Source: Dudresnaya verticillata (lineage: Eukaryota). From it: a DNA stretch of 64,000 bases. The position numbers and the translations under genes are program-made. Shown in pieces: positions 45,147 to 55,600 of the stretch (within the stretch, counting starts at the first letter, position 1; the number at the start of each line of letters is the position of its first letter). Location: assembly GCA_977862235.1 (NCBI GenBank), contig OZ374563.1, forward strand, positions 310,001 through 374,000, read 5' to 3'. The notes beneath the pieces are model-generated. The model was not told the DNA's origin and searched no databases. It worked only from the letters and a program-made list of their open reading frames with translations.

Positions 45147-45778
45147 TTGTTTAGACGGTGTGGGTTACGATCGTAACAAATTCTTGAGCAACGAAGTCGG
45201 CGCGTGGAACCGGGTAGGAATCCGGATTGTCGTCCGTAGCCGGTCGACACGCGCGCGCGGCGTGAGAGTGGTGTGCAATCACCGCTCTGCGGGCACGGCG
45301 CGCAGGGTCGCGGAACGCGGGGAAAGGGGCGCGAGCGGGGCGAAGCGGGGCGCGAGCGGAGCGAGGCGGGGCGCGAGGGGAGCGAGCGGGTCAGAGAGGT
45401 GGGCGAGGTTTATCGAAGCAAGGGAAGAGGGCTACGGCAGACCACCGCGGCTGACGCAACGGACGTTCTCGTCAACGCTGCTTACTCTTCTACTTCGATC
45501 GTGCTCTCTCGGAGCGGCGGTGGTCTGCAGTGGTCGGCGGGGCTTGAAGTAGCCCAACCAGTTGCAGTCGGGCGCGCGCGTCGCGCGCGGACGGCGCGTT
45601 GGTCGCCGACGGCGGGAGCACTGTAATGTATCTTACAGTGCGACTCTGCGATACAGATGGGTCCAAATCGACACGAATCACGTACGTACATTACACATTA
45701 TATTGTACAGTATCTACGACCGCCGAAGGTAAACCGCCGGAGCAGTATGTCACTACCGCCGCCATACAGTGCCGTCGT

Positions 45779-46235
45779 TGTCGATTTGCACCCATCTGTG
45801 TCGCAGAGTTGCACTGTAAGATACCTTACAGTGCTCCCGCCGTCGGCGACCAACGCGCCGTCCGCGCGCGACGCGCGCGCCCGACTGCAACTGGCTGGGC
45901 TACTTCAAGCCCCGCTGACCACTGCAGACCACCCCCGCTCCTCGAGAGCACGATCGAAGTAGAAGAGTAAGCAGCGTTGACGAGAACGTCCGTTGCGTCA
46001 GCCGCGGTGGTCTGCCGTAGCCCTCTTCCCTTGCTTCGATAAGCCTCGCCCGCCTCTCTGACCCGCTCGCTCCGCTCGCGCCCCGCCTCGCTCCGCTCGC
46101 GCTCCGCTCGCGCCCCGCTTCGCCCCGCTCGCGCCCCTTTCCCCGCGTTCCGCGACCCTGCGCGCCGTGCCCGCAGAGCGGTGATTGTACACCACTCTCA
46201 CGCCGCGCGCGCGTGTCGACCGGCTACGGACGACA
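45779..46235 (+). mobile_element. Solo LTR of the same family, in opposite orientation (TSD GTCGT)
   Basis: Reverse complement of 45228..45673 with a small indel; GTCGT at 45774-45778 and 46236-46240. Confidence 0.92.
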
Positions 46236-47234
46236 GTCGTCAAAGATAGGCCACAGTCCCATAGCACGCAACAAAACATATATATAAGTCCGCAAGCCGC
46301 TTTTTTTGCGCCTGCACATGGGCCTAAGCTGCACCTGTAGGACCACTATAAACAACAATTAAAGAACAACATCACTATATGTCATTCTTAATTGTATTTT
46401 GGCGACAGAAAGGGAAAGGGAGAACGACAGCGTCAGCAGTAGTATGCATTTACTGAGAGCTACCGGACGAGGTCGGAGCGTTTTTGTCAGTTTCTGAACC
46501 GTTTCCTCAGAGAGGGAGAGAGACGCCCGCAGCGCCTTACTACAGCCTATGCAGCAAAGCGATGTTGCGACTGGTTGCGCCGCAAAGGCCCACGCGCTTG
46601 CGATTCGCGACTTGTTGCGGGACGCATCTGACTGTGTGTCGTTTCGTTTCCCGCGCTGCGCCCACGCGGCGCGCGTGCAAATGTTGGCATCTGCGACGAC
46701 CACTCACTTACGACAGCCACGGCACAACGCTCACCACAACACCAACATTCCCGCACAATTCGTAAAGCAACATCGAAAACAACCACGACATGATGCCGCA
46801 GGCACGCGCTGCACAGCCCGACCCGACGCCACACCGACACCGACCCGCCCGCGCGCTTCGCTTCCTGTTGTCGTTTAAACTTTATTTCAGAAAGCCCTTG
46901 TGCTGCACCACATGGAGCAGCTCTACTCTTTCAAGGAGGCGACCTTTGATAACACCGCGTATACCACATTCGCTCTGAGATGGACGTGATGACGCTCAAC
47001 GTTGGATATAACAAGCACCACTGCGCTAGTCCGACACTACCAAACTCGGCACGCACCGCGCACTCCGCCCCCCACCCGCACCCCAACAGCCCGCCCCACT
47101 AGCCGCACCATGCCGCCCGCCTTTGTCTCCACGTTCGCCGCGCCGTCGCGCGCGCCATCGCCGCCGCTGCGCCGCACGTCGTTCCAGGGCGGCCCCGTCG
47201 CGCCCGCGCCGCGGCCCCATCGCGCGCCCCGTCC

Positions 47235-49115
47235 ATGCTCTTCGCCTTCTTCAACCTGTTCCACCACAAACACCGCGTGGCGCTGCCGCAGAACGACCAC
47301 GAGCACGCGGCGCAGCGTGCGGAAAGCGTCGCCGCGAACCGCGCAAAGTACGAGTGGACCAACGACGCTATCGGCGACGCCTCGCTCATCAAGGGGCTGC
47401 CGCACGGCGAGAACCCCACCCTGGGCTGGATCGAGCACATTGCTTTCATTGTCACCCGCGTCGCCCTCAACACCATCTCCGATACCACGGAAAAGGTCGC
47501 CGCCGACGTCGAGGCGAGCATCCTCTCAGCCGTGTCCGGCATCGTCTCCCCCATTCTGCACAAGCTCACCACTGCACAGTTTGGTCCAGAAGACGCACGG
47601 GAGGCGAATGAAAAGCTCAAGGACATTGTCAGGTCGAGGGCGTCGGGCACCGGCGTTACAATCGACGAATACAAGGACCTCTTCTCCAACATCAAGCTCA
47701 ATACCGTTGCAAAGCTCGACCAGTTTCTGCGCGACGACATTTTCGGCTGGTATCGAGTTGCCGGCCCCAACCCGATGCGCCTCACCAAGCTGAACGGTAA
47801 GGCCACCGATATGTTTCCAGAGCTCACCAACGACGTTTTCAAAGGCATTGTCGGCTTTTCCGGAGACACGTTGGAGGCAGCCGCCGCCGACGGCAGGCTC
47901 TACTATGTCGACTACCCCGAGTTCGACGGCCTGCCCGTTGGGAAGGACGCCGACGGCAACCTCAAGCGGAGCTTCAACTATGCGTCGAAATGCCTGCTGG
48001 CCGTCCCGCGCAACGTCACCGACCGCCTCACCGTCCTGCCGATCGCCATCCGCTGCGGCCAAGACTCGACCTTCCCAATGTTCACGGCAAACCCAGACCA
48101 CACCGACCCGGTCACTTGGCTCGCCTGCAAGCTCACCATCCAGGTGTCGGATTCTGTCATCCACGAGACGGTGTACCATCTTGGGCGCACGCATTTGATG
48201 CTTGAGGTCTTTGTTTGTTCGACGTATCGCACGCTGCCGGAACAGCACCCGCTGCATCGCTTGCTCAAGATCTACTTTTACGGGACGGCGTTTATCAACA
48301 ATGCGGCTGTGTCCTCTCTGATCAACGACAATGGGACGATCGACCAGATCACGGCGCCGCCCGTGTCGATTTCGCGGCAGATCTCAGCCAGCGCTGTCAA
48401 TGACAAAAACTTTTCGTTCAACGACTGGATGCCGGACAAGGAGTTGGCGTCACGCGGGGTGATGGACGGGCAGCTCAAGTATCCGTACCGCGACGACGCG
48501 CTGGTGCTGTGGCCGGCGCTGAACAAGTGGGTGCGGGCGTTTGTAACGGCTTACTACAAGAGCGACGCGGACGTGGCAGGCGACAACGAACTGGCCAACT
48601 GGTGCAAGGAGATTGTGGGGCCCGGGCAGCTGCACGGGTTTGGCGAGACGGCGGACGGGAGGATTTTGACGGTTGACTACCTGGTGCGGGCCGTGTCCAT
48701 GGTGATCTTCACGGCGTCGGTGCAGCACGCGGCGGTGAACTTTCCGCAGTCGACGATGATGCAGTTTGCGCCGGCGATGCCGCTGGGCGGGTACGCGCCG
48801 GCGCCAACGGAGGCCAAGCCGTTTTCGAGCGTGAACGACTGGGTGACGAAGATGATGCCCAACCTGGAGAAGGCCGAGAGGCAGCTGACTACGGCCGAGC
48901 TGATTGGGGTGCTCAAGTATTCGACGTTTGGGGAGTATGGGAAGAGCCTGCAGTTTGCACCCGACGAGGTGGACGACGCGCTCGAGGAGTTCCAGGAGGA
49001 CCTGGGGATTATTGGGGCGCGGATTCAGGAGCGGAATGTGGTGGAGAGGCGCGCGGGACTGCCGGTTTACAACTATCTAGTGCCGAAGAACATCCCGCAG
49101 TCGATTAACATCTAG
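47235..49115 (+). CDS. LOX: Lipoxygenase copy 2 (LOX-B, chimeric), 626 aa; the transit-peptide ATG at 47110 is out of frame; possible pseudogene
   Basis: Same motifs as LOX-A. 125 nt separate the two ATGs versus 156 nt in LOX-A. The fifth motif His is Tyr (48273-48275). The 5' part is diverged and the 3' part appears identical to LOX-A. Confidence 0.85.
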   Translation: MLFAFFNLFHHKHRVALPQNDHEHAAQRAESVAANRAKYEWTNDAIGDASLIKGLPHGENPTLGWIEHIAFIVTRVALNTISDTTEKVAADVEASILSAVSGIVSPILHKLTTAQFGPEDAREANEKLKDIVRSRASGTGVTIDEYKDLFSNIKLNTVAKLDQFLRDDIFGWYRVAGPNPMRLTKLNGKATDMFPELTNDVFKGIVGFSGDTLEAAAADGRLYYVDYPEFDGLPVGKDADGNLKRSFNYASKCLLAVPRNVTDRLTVLPIAIRCGQDSTFPMFTANPDHTDPVTWLACKLTIQVSDSVIHETVYHLGRTHLMLEVFVCSTYRTLPEQHPLHRLLKIYFYGTAFINNAAVSSLINDNGTIDQITAPPVSISRQISASAVNDKNFSFNDWMPDKELASRGVMDGQLKYPYRDDALVLWPALNKWVRAFVTAYYKSDADVAGDNELANWCKEIVGPGQLHGFGETADGRILTVDYLVRAVSMVIFTASVQHAAVNFPQSTMMQFAPAMPLGGYAPAPTEAKPFSSVNDWVTKMMPNLEKAERQLTTAELIGVLKYSTFGEYGKSLQFAPDEVDDALEEFQEDLGIIGARIQERNVVERRAGLPVYNYLVPKNIPQSINI

Positions 49116-49652
49116 AGGCAGTATTGGGGATTGGAGAAAGTTTGTCATTGTTGGTAGGTACAGAACAGATCAATAGTCTACCATAAAGAAAGGCACGCCA
49201 TCACCGTGTGCAACTATTTGCAGTTGTCAAGTCACACCAAAGCTAACGCGTTTCTACTGCTGAGATATTCAATGGACGCTAAACCAGCTATGCCGTACAC
49301 TTCAAGAGTGCAATAAAACGTCTTTGGGTGGTAAAGACATGAGTTTGTTCAGCGACCGCAACTGTAGGCCTACTGCTTGCTGCTATTATGCCGAAATGCC
49401 GACACAGAGTTTGCACAAAGCTTTATATCACATACGGCACTCTGCGTAGCGGATTAACGAAACCGACCTTGGAATGGTGAAGTAAAAAGTAGTCTTTTAA
49501 GATTACTTTCGCAAATCTACGCACTGTGCCAGCGGAGCGAACTCTATACTTTGCTGTACGAGCAAACAAGCAGCTGACTACTCCAAAACTACCGAACCGC
49601 GGTCTTCCAAGATAACATTGCCTCTTCCGAACATGTCCAGCGCCTCTTCTTC

Positions 49653-52600
49653 TGTTGAGGACATGGTCGCTGGCGCCTCACGTCACGGGTCAGGCACCCC
49701 AGATGGCACCCTGGCACGCTGTCACCAAACCTTCCGGAGACGACAGCCCTTTTTCCGGGCTTCCAAAATCACGGCGCATTTAGGCCTTTTGCAAAAGCAA
49801 CGTGAAACGGGCTTCTGATTGGTTGTTACAAACCGCCTCCATGGTCTATATGGCTTACAAGTGTTGTGCTGGAATTGGCGGTTATAACAGGAACGGCCAA
49901 GTGGAACGATCTGATTGGACCACATGGATGCACGTGGTATGGCATGGAATGGTGTTGGTATGACTCGCACTGTACTCCACAAGTACACATGAACGTGCCA
50001 TGCAATGTGCTGATGGCGTCCGAGTTGGTACTGCAGGGACTTGCGCTACGTGGAGCCTGACTTGTGATATCAGCAGATGCAGTTGTTGTGCGGCCGACAC
50101 GTTGGTTTACAGTTGGCACGTAGCTGTTGTGCGGCCGACACGTTGGTTTACAGTTGGCACGTAGCTGTCGTGCGGCCGACACGTTGGTTTACAGTTATCA
50201 CGTAGCTGTCGTGCGGCCGATACGTTGGTTTACAGCTGCCACGTAGGCAAATCTGGGTGATTACGTGGTCAATGATCCAAGTTGGATATTCATGGACGGA
50301 CTTGAGCTGGTAAGTGCGGCCACGTGGTGTGCAGTGTTGTCCGACAGCAGCCATGCGGGGACACTCGATACTTTCACGTTCCCGCCCAAAGTTGGAGTAC
50401 ATATGGGTGGCAGGAAATGCGGTCGCAAGAGGGATTGCTGATGTCAGCAGTTAGCAACACTGGTGTGCAAGTTCCCGCCCATTTTGGTGGCGGATGTGAG
50501 TGTGCTGAGAGCATGATTTGGTAGATTTAATTGCTTTACTTTTTCCCGCCCATTTGATGATAGGGACTTTGGGCGTATCTTTAATGATTTGTTTTGTTTG
50601 TGTTCACGCAGCAACTCATCCGAAAAGCTGATATAAGCCTTGTCGGATGGTCGACTGCAGTAAACGAAGTCAAGCGACTTCCATTTCTCATCTTGTTCAA
50701 CTTCAACCTCTCCATATTCCTTTACAGGTTATGGGCCCAGAAGGTCGACCTACGCAGACTTCATCGCTTCGCTGCAACCTTCTTCCTTTTTCTTTTCATT
50801 CTTGATACTGTCCGGTCCCGTCCTGGCCTGTCCTGTCTGCTTGTGTCCTGTCCTGTCGGCTTGTGTCCTGTCCTGTCTGCTTGTTGTCTGTTGAAAGTGG
50901 TCCCTATCCCACTGTGTTGGCTTGTGTCTCTGATTTTGTGAGAGAGTTCTCGAGGCTCTCGTCCGCTGTTGTCTTGGTCCGTGAGCTTGCTGAGAGGTTG
51001 AGTGTTGTGCGTGGTGACTCTCGTTAAGTCAGGACCTCGTTGGCCTAGGGGAGCAGCCTCCAGTAAGATCCAGAACCTTGACACGGTTGGGCCTAGTTCC
51101 ATTCCTGCAAGAGACTGGACCTGTTCGTGTGGTGAACACTCGTTTTGAGTTAGTACCCATAAGGTGGACGTCTCGTAAGGATTGCATACTTCGTGTCTGT
51201 GTGCGCACGACACGAAAGGGCTGCTGAAAGACGCATTTCACCCGGAGAATCATATCCGGGGGCCAGGAGTCCGACTCCTAGGGGTGACTAGGTAGAACCT
51301 GGTGCCAGAACATCCCGCGTCAAAAAGACGTTCAACTATCAAGAATCAACTTTTCAACTTCAAGTTTCAACTTTTCTTCTTCAGTCCAGGTGATCCCATC
51401 ATCACCTGAGAGTTTCATTACTCCAAGCGTGGGAGCTACTTGGCAAAGTGTGCTCCGCTTGTGACTGTATTATATTACCGACGTGTTCGACACATTTCTC
51501 AGTTTCGTCGTCACGTCTTCGTTGTGTGAGCTGCACTGCTCTGCTTAACACGACTATTACCCTCTGGGCATCGACACTGTTGCACTAACAGCACTGCCCC
51601 AAGTTCACCAAGCTTTCTAAAACTATTCAAGTCATCTCTTCTCACCATCAGTCCCAACAGCTATGACTGATACCGAAGCCGAGATGGATACTTCGAGCGG
51701 GGTCAAGATACCCCGTTTCCACGGCAGGAGAGGTGACGACTACAGTCTCTGGCGTCATCGCCTTCGTGCCGCATGCCGCATCAAAGGGGTTTGGAATGTT
51801 GTCCACACCTCAAACGACACACCGAGCAGCTCACAGTCAACTGGAGAGGCCTCAGCGGATACTTCCATTCTTCACGCCAGAACCTTGGCCAAACGTGAGA
51901 AGGCTTGCGGGATCATTATCTCCGCACTTGGTGATGCTCCGCTTCGTGTCGTTATGGAGGTTGATGATGACCCCAAACGCATGCTGGAGCTATTGGACTC
52001 GCGCTATGCGTCCAGTCGAACCGTATCCCGTATCGCCGTACAGACCAAGCTATTCCGTATGACGTACACCGGTCAGAATATGTCCAACTATGTCGACCAG
52101 TACACGTCACTGTTCGCCCAACTCGACCGCATGGGCAACGACTCGGCGATACCGGAGACACATAAGGCACCTATGCTGCTTGCTTCCATTGATCCGTCCT
52201 GCCACCTGGAGTCAACAGCTGCAGCTCTTCGCACCAAAGATGCTGCTGAGCTGACTTGGGACTACGTCGCAACCACGCTGATCGATGAGTACAACGCCAA
52301 AGATTCTCATGGATCAAACGCAGGTGGGAGATCCAGTAAGTCGAAGAGTCGTCGGAAGAAGAAAAAGAAGTCCGCGTCGTCAGGTTCTCGCCAGCAACAC
52401 AACCCGCTGGATGACAACGACGACTCCGATGACTCTTCTGATATTGAATCCACCGTCCGTGCGTTGGCGGTTGCACTCAAGTCCGCCAAGCAGGCTCACT
52501 CCACCCCGAACCGGCACCTTCACTGTGATGTTTGCGACAAGGATGGACACACCGCGGATCGATGCTATCTAAATCCGGAAAATCCTAACAACAAGCTTCC

Positions 52601-55600
52601 TCCAAAGGTGCGACAGATGTTCACCAACCAGGGCAAAAAGGGCAACGCCAACTCGGCGGTAGCTGCATCTGGTAAGAATAATGGTAAATCTGCAAAGGTA
52701 GAAATCGCCGGTGCATCGGTTGAGATGACTACTGTTGTTCCTCCGAACGACCAAGGAACGTATGCCGACAGTGGAGCAACTGTGCATTGCTTCCACTCAA
52801 TGACTTCTTTTGTACCGAGCTCAGTATCGCGCTGCGAAAAGCGTACTGTAGTGCTTGCGGACAAGTCGTCTGTCACCTCAGACCTATGTGGAGATGTGAT
52901 TCTGCCGTTTGAGCATGCCAATATTCGGCTCAAGAAGGCCCTCTTCATCCCGCATATGGGATACAATCTTGTCTCTACTGGGCGTTTGGCAGATAAAGGA
53001 ATTGAATCCCACTTTCGCCGCTTGGACGTGCGCTTGGTACTCGACTCTGATGGGTACTATATTGGATCCGGTGTTCGCGATGCGAGTTCTGGAATGTACA
53101 TGCTACCAGAACCCGAGCCGCACACTTCGGAGGAGCAACTACTGGCTGTCCCCAGCACGCAGCAAACTACTGAGCTCTGGCATCGACGTCTTGCCCACAT
53201 TAATTTTCGGGACTTGGCCAAAGTGCACGAGCATGTTGAGGGTGTTCCGGAGTTGGGCTCCACTCATGAAGTGTGTCGGGCTTGTAGGCTTGGGAAAGCA
53301 CACAAACAATCATTCCCAGGGCACTTCCGCCCGGCCAAAGCTGTCGGTGATCTCGTGCATTCCGACATTGTGGGTCCAATCCAGATCTCCTTTCCCGATC
53401 GTTTCCGGTATGCCACGACGTTTCTGGATGATAAATCCCGTTTCTTGGTCGTCGCATGTATGAGAAGTCGCCGTATGTTGAGTGCAGCATTTGATCAAGC
53501 TTCAGCAAAGTTTATCGAGCTTGGAGGAGCGGAAATAACAAAACTCCACTCAGACGGGGCTCAGGAGTATTTGGCTTTGCAGAAAGATTTGGGAGGAGTT
53601 GGAGACAGTGGCAAATCCTTCTCCCCACCTTATACTCCGGAGCTCAATGGAATCGCGGAAAGGGTGAACCGAACCATGGTGGAAGCTGCCCTGACTTTGC
53701 TGATCCAGGCTGATCTACCGGGATGTTTGTGGCCGTTTGCACTGAAGCATGTCAACTACGTGCGCAATCGGGTACCACACTCAACCGTTGGGGCTACGCC
53801 ATACTCGGTCATGACAGGTGATGTTCCTGATTTAAAACATTTAAGAGTGTTTGGATGTGCTGCATATGTCCTAAGGCTCCCACGCGGATCCAAGTTCGAG
53901 TCTCGTGCACTTGAGGGGGTGCACTTGGAGACTCTAGAGCATGGGATCTACAGGATATTGGTCACTGGCGGTGACGGTATACCTCGTGTGGTTGAGTCGC
54001 GGCATGTCACATTCGACGAGTCCAAATTCCCGGGTGCTCCAAGCCTGTTGGAATATGGGCAGGACGAGGCAGATTCGGATGAAGATTACGAGTCTAACTC
54101 AGAGGCCTCTATTTGCAACTCGGACTCTGATGACGATGTATCGCTTGGTAACTTTGAGGATGAAGAGGATGCAATTGAAGTTGACACACCTTCTTCACCT
54201 CCACTACCTCCATCAGAACCCAGCTCATTCGAATCTGATGACACGGCTGAGGAAGAAAACGTCTCTGACAGTCCTCCGGCTGGTGTGAGTTCAGATCCAG
54301 AACGCCAGCAACAGAGTCGATATCCTCGTCGCCAACGTCGCCAGACGTCGAAATGGTTTATGGCAAGCTCTGCACAAGCTGAACAACAGGTTGCCCTCAC
54401 AACGGGAGATGAGCCAACTCTTCGAGAGGCCATGTCTGCCACTCCGGAGGAGCGCGGGTTGTGGCAATCTGCCATTGATGATGAGTTCGCATCCTTGGAA
54501 TCCAAAGGCACTTGGGTCCGTGATGACAGTCCCGGTGCACAGCCGCTTCCAACGCACGCCGTGCTGAAAGTTAAACGCAAGTCCGACGGGACCGTCGAGC
54601 GCTTCAAAGCGCGGGTCGTCGCTGGTGGAAACTTCCAGACGTATGGTGAAGACTACATGGAAACATACGCCCCAGTTGTGTCGTTCTCGCTGGTGCGCAT
54701 GTTCCTATACTTGGTACTGTGTTTGAACCTGTTTGTTGCACAGCTAGACGTGAAGACGGCTTTCCTGAATGGTGATCTGGCAGAACACGTGTGGGTAATG
54801 TCACCGCGTGGGATTCCTGGAAGGGAATCTCTCTGTTACAAACTTCTGAAAGCTATGTATGGGCTAAAACAGGCTCACCTAGCTTGGCACACCAAGCTGT
54901 GTGGTGACCTTGCTAGGATGATGTTTGAGGAATTGCCAAGTGCACCTTGCGTGTTTCGTCGCAAATCCAAGTCTTCTGGATACGCATACATCTTGGTGTA
55001 CGTTGATGACTTGCTCATCCTCGCGCCCACAAAGGCGGAGAGAGACGCCATTGTTAAGGAGCTGCAGGGCCTCTACGATCTACGGCTGTCTGAAGGGGTT
55101 GACCTCTTCCTCGGAGTCGAGCTTGGATGGAAGCTAGACTCTGATGGCAGATTTGTGTCCCTCAAGATGACTCAACAGGTCTACACGGAAAGTGTTCTTC
55201 GTCGATTTGGACTTCAGAACTCTAAGCCGGCTTGTACGCCGATGGTTGAGTCTTTCTTCACTGGACTTGCCGCCGAAGAGGACAAGGCCGTCGTGTCGGT
55301 TGAGACGTACCAGCAGATGATCGGGTCACTTCTGTACTTGGGGCTTCGCACAAGGCTGGATATTTTGGCCTCTGTGCTTATCCTCGCACGGTTCCAGAAG
55401 GCTCCAACTGCGTACTGTCACCGTGGTGTAAAGAGGGTTCTGCGATATCTTCGAGGCACTCACAAGCATGGAGTTACGTACCAGTCCGGAACCACTCGTA
55501 TCCAAGCTTATGTGGACGCTGACTATGCCGGTGACACCACAGACCGAAAATCTATGTCTGGTTACATGGTGAAACTGGGAGATGCAGTGTGTATTTGGGG

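Larger units (their letters stand above)
38619..45673 (-). mobile_element. Full-length LTR retrotransposon, copia domain order, GalEa/CoDi-like (LTRs 38619..39064 and 45228..45673; TSD CGAAT)
   Basis: 446-bp TGTCG...CGACA LTRs with about 5 mismatches; CGAAT at 38614-38618 and 45674-45678; PPT AGGGGGGAG on the minus strand at 39065-39073. Confidence 0.95.
28078..47234 (+). repeat. Unit 1 of a 19,157-bp tandem segmental duplication
   Basis: ORFs and LTRs recur at +19,157 (e.g. 32506 to 51663, 39793 to 58950). Because the junction lies within LOX, the unit boundary is nominal. Confidence 0.95.
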
